From NCBI GenBank assembly GCA_051530055.1, contig CM121341.1:19074784-19138783 (forward strand): a stretch of 64,000 nt of DNA, in the 5' to 3' direction. A model generated the notes under the pieces. It was not told the origin of the DNA and ran no database searches. It worked only from the letters and a program-made list of their open reading frames with translations. Below, one piece after another: positions 34,666-47,800 of the stretch (positions are counted from its first letter, which is position 1; every line of letters starts with the position of its first letter). The translations under genes and the position numbers were made by a program. Source of the stretch: Neoechinorhynchus agilis. Its lineage: Eukaryota; Animalia; Acanthocephala.

Positions 34666-35189
34666 CTTTGATTCGGATCAGGATTTTATGTTGGTTAAAG
34701 TCGGCTGCAGAATGTCTCCTAAAGAATGAGAAAATTTCGTCAAAAACTAAAACTGAAATATGGCTCAGCCCATTCAATTGGATATGAATGAAATGACTTG
34801 ACGCCGTCTACATTTGACATGGAATTGACTCATCAAAAGACTCAATTGCCGAGAAATAGCGTCGATGCACGGGAAGTCAATATCTCATTTCCACGAAAAT
34901 CATTTTAAAGTGTTCTTTCGTTTTCTCCAAGACTGGCCGCTCTATATGGATCGTATCGATTCCTTTTTGTGGCTCTAAGTATCTTTTTTCCCTAAGAACT
35001 TGTATTCTATAGATTTTTTGATCGTTAATTGTCGCGTTGGAAATAGGGTGGAACGCCGATCATTCGAAACGTCAATTATCTGGATCGGAATGTTGTCCTA
35101 CTCAACTACTGTTGCTCAGGAAAATCAAAGACCCCGTAGCGAAAAACGAAAATGTGCATTGGGGTACAGAGAAGCGTACTTCTGCGCTA

Positions 35190-36524
35190 ATTTTTTGTTT
35201 TTTAAACTACATCCCCACACTTGAAGACCTTTGATATCTATAGTCTTTTTTTTAACTTGTAAGTTTTTAAATAATGAGTATCGACTTTTCTTTACATTCA
35301 CCACCTCCCGCCGAATTCCAGCTTTTGTCCTTCCTCGACCGTCGCCATCACGCTGGCAGCATTGCCCCGTTGTACTGCCAGCGAGATATTTTGTCGAAGA
35401 AATAAGCCTGCTCTTGAGTCTCCGGTTGCCTCTCTCAATTTCTTCGAGAGATCCTTGAGCAGAGAGAGTGCCGAGCTGCCGAGCGCTCCATACGTCTCTA
35501 CCCCAAAGGGGACAAAATAGTGAGCCCTCGATAGCTGCATATATTTTCGTACCTTCCTCCCTTCCGCTGCACTGGCGGCACCACCGGCGATTTCGAGGGA
35601 GTAGGGGATGTTGCTGGCTGCGAGGGTGTCCACACACGTGGCGTCCCAGAGAAGGCATTTGCCCTCCCGCCACGGGAAGACCGAAATTCCATCGGGCCTA
35701 CGGCCGTCTAGTCTACAGAGGTGGGCGGGTTCCAGGATGTTCGGGAAGTTCGCCGTTCTCAACGCCCGAGAAATTGCGTTATTGATTTCAGAATGGCGTG
35801 AAAACCTTCCTGCTGACCTTCTGCAGACGAGACCGTGTCGCCCGAAAGCATCAACCAAAGACCCACATCGACAGCGATGGGGCGTGCATATCGGGAGACC
35901 GAGTCTTAAGGATACTGCGATCCTCGTCACCTCGTCAGTAAGAAGAGTTCCCACAGATGCCAGAGGAACAGCCTCCAACCACGCCCCAGATTCTCGTGTT
36001 GAAACTGCCAACAGTCTAGCTCGGACGACCCCATCGCGAGAACCTGAAAGAAGAGAGCTGTGAGCTCTCGCGACAAGAGGTCCGTCCCAGATCGACTGTC
36101 TGAGGCCATTCACGGGAACTTGGTTAGCGCCTGTCTGCTGGCACCATTCCTCAACCGCCACCACGAAATCCCGGTCAAGACAAAACTTTTCTTTCAAAAT
36201 GTTCTTCGAGACTGGTAGGCTCCCCTCAAACGATCCAAGAAAGGCCGGCAAAGCAAGGTCGACTAGTGCCCGAATTCCCAATCCCCCAGATGACACAGGC
36301 AAAGAAGCTTGTCGCCACGCCTCATCTGAGAGCTGGACATTTAAAATACGCTCGAGGCAAGCCCTCACCTTATTGTCCAGCTTTGCCAATCCTTCTTTGT
36401 GTTTGAAAAATGTTGCTGTGCGAACCTTGTACAATAATTTGGGGATGAAGAGCGCGTTCTTTATGAGAAACAAGGCTTCATGAGCCGAGAGAGCGCACAT
36501 CAATTTAGGTTTTCGGTTATCCAA
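35190..36524 (-). mobile_element. CRE-clade (RLE) non-LTR retrotransposon, 5'-truncated, with an open 3' ORF
   Basis: 408-aa ORF with GLGIR, CCHC knuckle CTPHRCRCG..HGLVC..RH, RPDG...WDATCVDT (PD-(D/E)xK nuclease) and VQRGNAASV. A-rich 3' tail near 35190. Confidence 0.9.
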
Positions 36525-36559
36525 AACAGATCTCGAATCCGAATGGAGTCCACTCCCAA

Positions 36560-36785
36560 TTAATTCGCATAAACGACGTCGTGAATCGATTGAAACAGTA
36601 ATCTCTTTTGTGGGGCATGGAGGTATGGCTCGCTACATCGTCTACTTGAATAAAATTCAAATGATTTCACTCCTTCAAGATAAACATAATATATTTTTAA
36701 CAATTCAAACAATCTGTTTGAAGCACACTCACCACCTCCCGCCAAATTCCAGCTTTTGTCCTTCCTCGACCGTCGCCATCACGCT
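36560..36785 (-). mobile_element. 3'-end fragment of a second copy of the same CRE element
   Basis: 36729-36785 matches 35298-35354 (1 mismatch in 57 bp), followed by a related 3' UTR. Confidence 0.7.
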
Positions 36786-37099
36786 AATTCTTAAAAACCA
36801 ACTGTGATATTAGCCGCGTTTCACCGCGCGGCTTTAATAATAACAACATGTTTTATTCGAAAGTCATAACGCAGAGGACCCATGTACCTTTGGGTCCTCA
36901 TGCACACTCGAGAAAGAACAAATTTATCTATTTTGTCCTCCTCCATCATGATCTTTTTCATACGTTTATCGATCGAAATTAGGTCGTTGTCACTATCGCT
37001 CAATGAAATACGTATCGACTTTTTCTTTAATCTCCTCTTCACCTGTACAAATGCACCTTGTTCACCCATTCGTGAGAACTTCCATACCCTCCCGCATCT

Positions 37100-37987
37100 A
37101 CAGCAAACGTCTCGCAGTGTAGTCATCTATCTCGGTCGACAGGAAGGGATGGCGTTATCGCAGACAATGCGCGCGTGGAGTTTTGGACATCAGCTAGACA
37201 AATCAAAAGAACTGCTCAACAAGAGCAGACAACTGATGCAAAGATGCACAAGATAGAGCTGGTTTGCTCACCTTCATTTACGGAGAAACGGTTGGTGATA
37301 GATAGAGTGAACGCAATTTTCGCTGATAATGGATATACAAACGTAACAAGATCATGCGGGTCCAGCAGCTCGTCATTCAAGAGAGAAGAAACGGAAAGAT
37401 GATCTTTTACGGAACCTATATGGAGGAAAACCGATTCTCAAGATTCCATAGCCTCTACGATCGGGAATGGATGTCCGGTTTGTCCATAGAAGCGCGCCTG
37501 CACTTAGGCATTAAGAAAAGGCATAATAAAGACATAAGCATATCGATTTTAAATTTAGGAATCAAGTTGTCTAACGCTGGAAATATATACAGCATCGTCC
37601 TTGATGTGTGTGTACGTACCGAGAAATTCCATGGACAAAAATCGTTGACAAGATTCAATTTGCACTGGAAGCGACGTGGTTTATGAAATAATCTGGGTCT
37701 TTTCGTCAAGGTTTTACGGGGCCACACCATGTTCAAAGCACGACTGAGAGTGCCACAGCTTAAGTTTGTGTTCAAAGACCAGGTAGAAATATCTATATCC
37801 TCGGTACCACTTATGTCCGGACGGTTGGAAGGGGAAGGAATGGCGTTTTCGCAGACAATGCGGCGGCGAGTTCTGGACATCAGCTCGATAAAACTTTAGA
37901 ACTGCTCAACAAGCGGGACGAACTTTCTTATTCGATGTCGCTACTTTAACACACTTCACATCTCCACGCGCCGTCGTAGATTGCTGA
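37100..37987 (+). mobile_element. Degenerate Penelope-like element RT remnants
   Basis: QEGMA, LELLN and HKIELVCSP..RVNAIFADNGY resemble the PLE RT palm/thumb. 37573-37987 is duplicated at 51946-52360. Confidence 0.5.
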
Positions 37988-38075
37988 AGAAGCCATAAGA
38001 CGGCGAAAGCTTGAAAATGGATGTTGATATGGGTTAGGCACCGGGGTATATGATTAGAATTATTGTTATTTCTTA

Positions 38076-38184
38076 ACCCGGTAAATGATTTTTTATTAAA
38101 AACGTTTCGAAATACAAGTAATAGAACTGATGATGAACCCGACGAGGTTCGAAACGTCTTTAATAAAAAAATTATTTACCGGGT
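38076..38184. repeat. Inverted terminal structure (about 36-bp arms) of a Penelope-like element
   Basis: ACCCGGTAAATGATTTTTTATTAAAAACGTTTCGAA pairs with TTCGAAACGTCTTTAATAAAAAAATTATTTACCGGGT. Confidence 0.75.
38124..38161 (+). ncRNA. Minimal type I hammerhead ribozyme core
   Basis: GAA-CTGATGA-T-GAACC-cgacga-GGTTC-GAAA-C-GTC-TTT: all core nucleotides present, 5-bp stem II, palindromic ACGT stem III, predicted GUC cleavage after 38158. Confidence 0.65.
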
Positions 38185-38800
38185 ATTTAAAAATATTCCT
38201 AATCATCAAAAGAAAATCCTTCGGAATGGTAGAATTGGAGCTCCGGTGAAGACTCAGAACTCCCTTCAAAATATTCTCTTAGTGCTGTGGACATCCCTTA
38301 GACTTCTGATAGTTTTCCTTGGACACACAGCCACGCCGATCTCATACATCAGAGAAGTGATTGAATCACTTGACATATTGAACCACAACATGGTGAGGAG
38401 TTTGTATGCATCCCTTCGGATCCTCAGATACCAGCCGAGGAAGCGGCAATCATCAGGAAATGCTTTCGCCGCCATATACGATTGAACATTAATAGTTTTA
38501 AAGATCAAAATCTCAATGCTGGCGCATGGTATTGATCTACAATTATCAATATAAGAACCTAAAGCACATTTGTGATTATTTTTTAAGTAAAGCTTAGTTC
38601 AAAGGATTTAGATTTAAAAATACACAATTGACGAATATTGTTGGAGGAAGGGAAGAGAAATCCTGTATCATGAATTAAAAAGCTTGAAATGCCAACCTTT
38701 ATATCACATTTAAACGGCGAGAACGACTATTCTGCTCTAAGAAAGTCTTTCGTACTGTTGAGCGAGATTTTGACTTTTTTTCTACTGGATGATTTTCAAA

Positions 38801-39605
38801 ATGCTATGTCCTCTATTTTTGGGGAAGACTTTAGTGAGAAGATTAAAGGATTTTGTTCCCTACACTCGAATTGAGCGTGAGTTTTTGTGGAATTGTCTCT
38901 TGGTGGCTATTGTGCCCTTTCTTTTTTAGCGATTGGTTTTCCTAAAAACGAGGAGGATCGCAAATTGAAGGCAATGGATCATATTCCTTACTTTGCACCC
39001 GGTGAAGATATTGACAAGGGTCGAAAGGAGAAATACAAATTGCGCGGTCCAGAACTAATCCATAATACTTTACTTCACAAACAATATGGGGTTATTGTAC
39101 GTAACTGAAGGTTTTCCTCATTTACTATTTATTTTAGGCGTTATATCCCGGTTATTTCAAAGGCGAGAATATTGATGCCATTAGAGAAAAGGTAAATACT
39201 ACAATGAACACCTTTGATTGTTTCGCCGTATGGCGTATTGAACCTCCATATAAACCCATTACAAGGCACGGTGGTGGTAAAAAGCTTGGCGGAGGAAAAG
39301 GCAGCATTGACCACTACGTGACACCCGTCAAGGCTAATAGAGTTATTTTGGAAGTTGGTGGATACATTCCGTTCGCACAAGTCGAACGAATGCTTAGAGA
39401 AGTCGCCTATTTGTGTCCAGTTCCTGCTAAAGCCGTAAGTCAGCAAATGTTGGATGAATTCGAAACTGAAAAGAAGAGGATTAAAGACCTTAACCGGAAT
39501 CCATTTACTTGGGAATATGTTGTCAAAAACAACATGCTCAATTGCATGACCTATTTGAATCAGTACGATATTGAATTCTCAAAGTACGGCCCCATTATGC
39601 GATGA
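38801..39605 (+). CDS. MRPL16: Mitochondrial ribosomal protein L16 (uL16m); introns 38877-38929 and 39097-39137
   Basis: LRGPELIH..QYGVIALYPG, WRIEPPYKPITRHGGGKKLGGGKGSIDHYVTPVKANRVILEVGG and NPFTWEY. Both introns are GT-AG and in frame. Confidence 0.93.
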
Positions 39606-39836
39606 AAGATGCAGTTTTATTCACTGACCGTTCAAACTAAAGTCACTCGTGTACACTACTGTTTTTGAGATTAATCGGTTGAGATTGAAAAAAAACGTTA
39701 ATACTTGAAACGTATGTTAACTAATCGAAGACAGAAAAATTCGAACTTTATCACATAGCCTCCATTGTAAAATTGTGGCTCTTCTACGATATCTGTCCTA
39801 AATCAATGTCGATGTTTGATCACCTACCTCGATATT

Positions 39837-40270
39837 CCTGTAAATTTTATTAAAAGGGTTTTGTTGGAAATTCGGGCGAAATTGCTTAGCAGAAAAGTGA
39901 TGCAAGACATTCCCGATAATGATCCTGGCGCTTCATGCAATGTAAAAGTGCATGGATTCCAGACAAATTCGGGTTTGTGATATTTTTTAAGTTTTGGTGC
40001 TGAAACTAATCCACACAAACGCTTCTGTTTTAAATGGGTGAGCTATTTTTCTATATAGTTTTAGGGGTTAAGACTGGGTGTTCTTTCAAGAAGCCTATTG
40101 ATTTGTGTCGATATTTGATCGCGTACCTCGATATATTATGATTAGAAATGTGTGTTATTTAGAAGTCTTCAGCCTGTCGTAGGGTTATAACAAACCGACG
40201 ACGAATCCGATGAGGTTCGTATTTAATAAAAACGTTCCTAACAGAATGAAGACTTTTATATAACACTTCC
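39837..40270 (+). mobile_element. Non-autonomous repeat ending in a Penelope-like inverted terminus; copy at 59395-59860
   Basis: About 340 bp (39837-40175) nearly identical to 59395-59735, followed by GTGTTATTTAGAAGTCTTCA...TGAAGACTT..TAACAC enclosing a decayed hammerhead core. Confidence 0.7.
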
Positions 40271-40648
40271 TGTAAGAACATTGTTGTTGATAGTGGTCTT
40301 CCCGTCTTGAGTTTCACAATTGGGTACAGAAGTTAAAGACCTTAAATGGTTGTCGATTTGAGTGCAATGCATACAACTCAATTTATCCCGAAGATCCGTT
40401 TCTTCAAATACACTTCTTACGGTGAACATTGCTTATTTTTCTCAACATTTTCCCAAATAGAATAAGAACTTTTGCGTTACCTAGCAACATCAATGTTAGA
40501 ACACAGGTCGTGTTTGATTGATTGATCAATTGCAAAATCCAGCTTTGCTTGAATGTCACACACGGGTGAAGTTAAAGTGGTCAACTGTGACAACATAAAC
40601 CGCAGTAATAGTTGGTATTGTTGAGCTTTCTTCTTAAATGCATGATAT

Positions 40649-43417
40649 TTGTCGTATTTAGCAGAAGAAATTCATGAAAACGATCGAAACTCAACAGAAC
40701 ATCAACCCGAATCAAAATTTGAACGCGCCGTTAGAGTTCTATCCTCAATGTGCGATGGTTTGGAGGACAAAATTCCTAAAGAAATTTGCCGGAATAGAGG
40801 GATGTACCTGTCATCGACGGTTGCTCCCTATGGTCCATCAGAAAACGATCTTATACCTCGATTGTATCTCGAGAAGAGCGCACGAGAGCGTTTGAATGTA
40901 AAAAAGTGGTATTTATGAGAGCATTTATTAACTAAATAATTAAGGAAGATCGCGATGCAATCTACAGCATTCAAATTTCCTATGCCATGAACGGAAAGGT
41001 GACACCTGAAATATATAGCGCGGCGCAACGGCCTCGAGTACTTTCAGATATGTTTGTTCTTCTTTCAAGTCCACTGGACTTTGAAAAGGTTTTAATTTTA
41101 AGACGATTCGTATCTTTGACACATTCCTCTAGAACGCTGCATTGACAGTTCTTGAGATAATGTCAAGCAATGCACTAGTATTTTGCGAATTCGCAACAAA
41201 TACAGGACTTATGGTAGACCTCTTGTACGAGCTTATTGACTGTCATCCTATGCACTACAAAATGATTTTTGATGCACTTGAAATTTTGCTAAGAGATCAT
41301 GAACTGGTGGAGCAATTTAGAAACATCGGGGGTGTTCCGTTTATTGTATGTATTTTGCGACTTTTCGTGTATGCTTTAACTCTAGGTATTCAGACTTTTA
41401 TCCTCAAGAAAATGCTTTCTGCTGAAACAAAAGACGAAGAAATCGTACACGTTATCAACCGAATAATTTTCGTACTGTGTTCATCCTCAATTAGGTGCAG
41501 ATTTGCCCTATTGAGACATGACATTTTAAAACTTCAACTGGACATTCTAATGTCAAGCCTCTCCCACTCGCAGTTGCCCTGAATTTTCGCCATTATCCCG
41601 GACTTAAATTTACAAATTTATCACTGATATTTCGTCAGATAATTTGGACATTATCAATGTTTGTCAGGTAGATAATAATCCAAGTTCATGTATGTTTTAA
41701 AAACCAATAGGATTTAATTTTAAGTAACACATTGTGGCAACAAACCCACCAGTAAGTAAATTTAGTTGATCGAATCCTTTGTACTTTCCTTCCTCCAGTA
41801 CATTTTTACGAGAAAAGTTCGAATTAAAGATTGTTTTATTGGAAAATTCTTTTAAATTTTAAATTTTTTTCTTATAAAAATAGTATCGCGCTGTGCGTTA
41901 AAATTACCAAATAACATACTCTTCCGCGAAGTCGAGATTTGACTATAAATAAAACTGAAGACATATACCTTCTTCCTACACTTTCGATTATTCAGATATT
42001 CATTGAAAACGTTGGTCTTGGCAACATATTCTGTTTGCAATTCAGGTATTTGATCTTTTAGGGTCACGCAAATGGTGTTCTTAAGGCGTATCCATACGTC
42101 AAAAGATTACTTAGGATTCTGTCGACTATTAACGAGGAAATCTTTCATTATGTGATCTATGAAACTTTTGAAATTTTGCTAAGGCATCCCGAGTTTGCGG
42201 ATGCTGTAAAAGCGAACGAAGACGAGTTCCTGGAAAGTGTTATAAATTTAACTGAATCGAATATCTCAGTTCGTCTATTGGTTCTATATATTGAGATATG
42301 CAAATATGAAAAAATCGCGGAAAAAGCCGCCGCGTTCGCCAGTGCTACTTTATATCTCCTGCACTTTCTGGAATTGGAGGATAGATCGGTCTTAGGACGT
42401 GCTTTCACCACTGTTAGCCGTCTAATGTTTAACGGTCCCTATGCTGTTGAAATGATCAAATTAGGCTTATTTGAATTCGCAATGCCTTTCCTGGAAAGCA
42501 CTGCTAATGACGAGGTCGTTGCGGTTTTAAAATGCATTGTGGCAATGGTGCCTTTTAAACAATTCAGAAAGTCGGTATTTTCTAATAAAAATAATGCAAA
42601 TATGTTTTTTTATTCTGTTAGCAAGATAGGCAGGACGGACTTTGTAAAATTAATATGGCCCAATTTGTACAATGATTCGCCTAATATCCGAGCAGAAGCA
42701 GCCAATGGAATTACAGCAGCTCTGAAATGCACTCCGGTATAATTATTTTAACGCTCATGCGAGATTCGCTTAAACTGTTGACGTTTAGAAAGTCTATGAG
42801 AACATTGACAGCCTCACAGGTTGGTGGCATACTGTCCAATCTCTTGTCACAACACAGGACGAGAATGAAGCGAAAGCAGGATGTTATTTAGTAGCCCAAA
42901 TTGCGTTGAAAAAGGAATTTCATATAGGACTCACCGCAAATCAAATACCTGAACATATCGTTAAGTTGATATTATCGAAGGACAATAGTGTTCGCGATGC
43001 TGCGATCATCGCAATTTCACGTATTGTCTTGATGCCAGCTGCTCGACACGCGCTGCTTAATACCAAGGACAGTCTTAAAATTTTTTTGAAATCGTTTGAA
43101 TCGCCAAGCGAAGAAGTCCGAGTTTGTACCTCGATTGGCTTCAGTGCGCTTTGTCAGGACAAGATATTCGCATTTGAGTATCTCAAGAAATTTTTTATAA
43201 AGGTGAATCCATTTGGCAAATGTTATCACATTCTTTAAAAGAATATTAGTATGTCATCGACAATAACAAAACTGACAGGAAAGTCCGTGGACCCCTTTTA
43301 CGCAGTTTGGTAAGTCTTAGTGAAGGGCGATATGTTGCACCTGAGGAAGGTGACATTCTGACTGCGTTAGAGGACAATGATGTTGAACAGGAGGCGTGGG
43401 ATGACCAAAATATTTAG
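40649..43417 (+). CDS. Armadillo-repeat protein (loosely ARMC3-like), multi-exon
   Basis: Successive helical ORFs with ARM-type segments (FRNIGGVPFIV, LWPNLYNDSPNIRAEAANGI, LILSKDNSVRDAAIIAISRI) separated by short GT-AG introns. Confidence 0.62.
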
Positions 43418-43704
43418 AGTTTAATCGATAAATGTTATTGAGTTTTAAACAAACATTTTGCATGTGTTCGGTTTAGAGTTGAGGGAGCTGCCGGAAACCA
43501 TGGTTTTTTCACACGGGTGATTAAAAATTAAAATAAAGGCACAAATACTCGATTCCATCGTAAGTGACTGACCAAGTAGCAATGTTTGTTCAATCAAAGT
43601 ATTTTCGCTAAAGTTAAACACCAACAGCCTCAACTCATTAAAAAAAGTATACAAAATCATTTCGGAATGTGTCGCAATCAGGCATCGGTGACATTGGGGA
43701 ACAT

Positions 43705-44502
43705 TTATTGGAAGGGAAACCTCCTTTTGATATTTCGGAATTTCGACATTACCATTCTCTTAAAGCTGTGATCCCGAACTTCCACATCGTCGTTTTCTCT
43801 GTATTTGTAATCCGTAAAATTACTCAAAGACGAATCGTCAGGTTCATAGCTCAAGTGAGTTGAGTCGCTAGTGTACTCGAAGTTTGAATATGGTATCCCT
43901 ATTGCGGCGTCCCTTTTCATCTTTACAGCTCGCCAATTAATCATCACGGGTCCGTTATCGAGTCTCGTTCGTTTGACTTCTTGTTCACTAGTAGCTGTGG
44001 ATGAGAGTTTCGAGGAACTGCCAATCGATTCAGGTCTACTGATTTCTGCTAGATGATCGATCGGTGTTGTGCTGCTACCATAATCCGAAATCGATTTCTT
44101 GATGGTTCGTTTCCAACTTACAGACGGTGTCCGCTGTACCTCACCCGATTTGAACGCCCTACTACGCCGATCGATAGAGCGTTTCTGAGAACCCATAATA
44201 AGGCAGTCCAATTCAGTGAGGTCCGAAGAACTATTAGCAAAGTTTCTAGACTGTCGAAGCTCAGTGATGGCGTTGTGATGTTCGGCAGAGATAAGAATTG
44301 GATTTACAAACTTGCCATCGTGGTCACTGTCCAACATATCCAAATACTTCATTGTGATTGCAAGTTCCGCTTGTATTTGGTTGTCCTCGGACTTCATATC
44401 TTCATTTGGTTCATTCATTCTACAAAAAGGCAAAATAGAAGACCTAAGGTGCATGTTTATAAATACAAAGAAACATAAATCCTGCTGGCTAGATGACGGC
44501 AC
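43705..44502 (-). CDS. Orphan protein, paralog A (DxDxDG motif, Ser/basic C-terminal half)
   Basis: 265-aa ORF. Shares a 67-codon core and recognisable C-terminal similarity with 52523-53308. Confidence 0.55.
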   Translation of the reverse strand: MPSSSQQDLCFFVFINMHLRSSILPFCRMNEPNEDMKSEDNQIQAELAITMKYLDMLDSDHDGKFVNPILISAEHHNAITELRQSRNFANSSSDLTELDCLIMGSQKRSIDRRSRAFKSGEVQRTPSVSWKRTIKKSISDYGSSTTPIDHLAEISRPESIGSSSKLSSTATSEQEVKRTRLDNGPVMINWRAVKMKRDAAIGIPYSNFEYTSDSTHLSYEPDDSSLSNFTDYKYRENDDVEVRDHSFKRMVMSKFRNIKRRFPFQ

Positions 44503-44810
44503 AGAAACATAATTCGGGCCAAGAGAACGACCAGATTTTCCAAAAGATAAAACTGATTATGACTGTAAACAATAACCGAATGGATTGGTTTGATGAAACG
44601 CGAATGGGCAGAATGAATGACAGTGTCAAAAACGAATGCTATTTTAAAACGAGAAACCATACCGAAACCAAATACGTTAGCGTTTAAAGTTGGATATTTT
44701 GTAGTCGGTGGATTAAATGCTTGCTTATATAGTCACCGTAAGCGCGATACATTGTTTTTAAGCGTTCATACTCGAAAATTTACTAGGGTTACAATAACAA
44801 CTCATCTATC

Positions 44811-47800
44811 ATGAATTTTTCGGAGACGTTCATATTCATTAAATAAAAAGGGAGCCCATTATCGAATTGCGAGTGTCCTAAAAGCCGAAGAAACACTTTG
44901 ACGTTCAATCGTCATAAACCGCATGGATCACCGATAGAGCGCCAATGTTCCAGAACAGAACCTTGGGTAAATTTGGACGATTTCGATGTACTTTTCGGAG
45001 ACGTTCATATTCATTAAATAAAAAAGGAGCCCATTATCGAATTGCGAGTGTCCTAAAAGAAGAATAAATATTTTGACTTTCAATCGTCATAAAACGCATC
45101 GATCACCGATAGAGCGCCAATGTTCCAGAACAGAACTTTGGGTTAATTTGGACGATTTCGATGTACTTTTCGAAGACGTTCATATTCATTAACTCAAGAA
45201 GGAGCCCATTATCGAATTGCGAGTGTCCTAAAAGAAGAATAAATATTTTGACTTTCAATCACCATAAAGCGCATCGATCACCGATAGGGCGCCAATGTTC
45301 CAGAACAGAACTTTGGATTAATTTGGACGATTTCGACGTACTTTTCGGAGACGTTCAAATTCATTAAATAAAAAAGGAGCCCATTAGTGAATTGCGAGTG
45401 TCCTAAAAGAAGAATAAATATTTTGACTTTCAATCACCATAAAGCGCATCGATCACCGATAGGGCGCCAATGTTCCAGAACAGAACTTTGGATTAATTTG
45501 GACGATTTCGACGTACTTTTCGGAGACGTTCATATTCATTAAATAAAAAAGGAGCCCATTAGTGAATTGCGAGTGTCCTAAAAGCCGAAGAAACACTTTG
45601 ACGTTCAATCGTCATAAAACGCATGGATCACCGATAGAGCGCCAATGTTCCAGAACAGAACTTTGGATTAATTTGGACGATTTCGACGTACTTTTCGGAG
45701 ACGTTCATATTCATTAAATCAAAAAGGAGCCCATTATCGAATTGCGAGTGTCCTAAAAGAGGAATTAATATTTTGACGTTCAACCGTCATAAAGCGCATG
45801 GATCACCGATAGAGCGCCAAAGTGCCAGAACAGAACTTTGGGTTAATTTGGACGATTTCGACGTACTTTTCGGAGACGTTCATATTCATTAAATAAAAAA
45901 GGAGCCCATTAGTGAATTGCGAGTGTCCTAAAAGCCGAAGAAACACTTTGACGTTCAATCGTCATAAACCGCATGGATCACCGATAGAGCGCCAATGTTC
46001 CAGAACAGAACTTTGGGTTAATTTGGACGATTTCGATGTACTTTTCGAAGACGTTCATATTCATTAAATCAAAAAGGAGCCCATTATCGAATTGCGAGTG
46101 TCCTAAAAGAAGAATAAATACTTTGACGTTCAACCGTCATAAAGCGCATGGATCACCGATAGAGCGCCAATGTGCCAGAACAGAACTTTGGATTAATTTG
46201 GACGATTTCGATGTACTTTTCGGAGACGTTCATATTCATTAAATAAAAAAGGAGCCCATTAGTGAATTGCGAGTGTCCTAAAAGCCGAAGAAACACTTTG
46301 ACGTTCAATCGTCATAAACCGCATGGATCACCGATAGAGCGCCAAAGTGCCAGAACAGAACTTTGGGTTAATTTGGACGATTTCGATGTACTTTTCGAAG
46401 ACGTTCATATTCATTAAATCAAAAAGGAGCCCATTATCGAATTGCGAGTGTCCTAAAAGAAGAATAAATATTTTGACTTTCAATCGTCATAAAGCGCATC
46501 GATCACCGATAGAGCGCCAATGTTCCAGAACAGAACTTTGGATTAATTTGGACGATTTCGACGTACTTTTCGGAGACGTTCAAATTCATTAAATAAAAAA
46601 GGAGCCCATTAGTGAATTGCGAGTGTCCTAAAAGAAGAATAAATATTTTGACGTTCAATCACCATAAAGCGCATCGATCACCGATAGAGCGCCAATGTTC
46701 CAGAACAGAACTTTGGGTTAATTTGGACGATTTCGATGTACTTTTCGGAGACGTTCATATTCATTAAATCAAAAAGGAGCCCATTATCGAATTGCGAGTG
46801 TCCTAAAAGAGGAATTAATATTTTGACGTTCAACCGTCATAAAGCGCATGGATCACCGATAGAGCGCCAAAGTGCCAGAACAGAACTTTGGGTTAATTTG
46901 GACGATTTCGACGTACTTTTCGGAGACGTTCATATTCATTAAATAAAAAAGGAGCCCATTAGTGAATTGCGAGTGTCCTAAAAGCCGAAGAAACACTTTG
47001 ACGTTCAATCGTCATAAACCGCATGGATCACCGATAGAGCGCCAATGTTCCAGAACAGAACTTTGGGTTAATTTGGACGATTTCGATGTACTTTTCGAAG
47101 ACGTTCATATTCATTAAATCAAAAAGGAGCCCATTATCGAATTGCGAGTGTCCTAAAAGAAGAATAAATATTTTGACGTTCAATCGTCATAAAGCGCATC
47201 GATCACCGATAGAGCGCCAATGTTCCAGAACAGAACTTTGGATTAATTTGGACGATTTCGACGTACTTTTCGGAGACGTTCATTCATTAAATAAAAAAGG
47301 AGCCCATTATGTGACGAGTGTCCTAAAAGCCGAAGAAACACTTTGACGTTCAATCGTCATAAAGCGCATGGATCACCGATAGAGCGCCAATGTTCCAGAA
47401 CAGAACTTTGGGTTAATTTGGACGATTTCGATGTACTTTTCGGAGACGTTCATATTCATTAAATCAAAAAGGAGCCCATTATCGAATTGCGAGTGTCCTA
47501 AAAGCCGAAGAAACACTTTGACGTTCAATCGTCATAAACCGCATGGATCACCGATAGAGCGCCAAAGTGCCAGAACAGAACTTTGGGTTAATTTGGACGA
47601 TTTCGATGTACTTTTCGGAGACGTTCATATTCATTAAATAAAAAGGTGCCAATTATCGAATTGCGAGTGTCCTAAAAGAAGAATAAATACTTTGACGTTC
47701 AATCGTCATAAAGCGCATGGATCACCGATAGAGCGCCAATGTTCCAGAACAGAACTTTGGATTAATTTGGACGATTTCGACGTACTTTTCGGAGACGTTC

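Noticed and set aside
38266-38508. Short minus-strand ORF (MAAKAFPDD...)
   Set aside because: No motif recognised and no supporting exons. It cannot be assigned.
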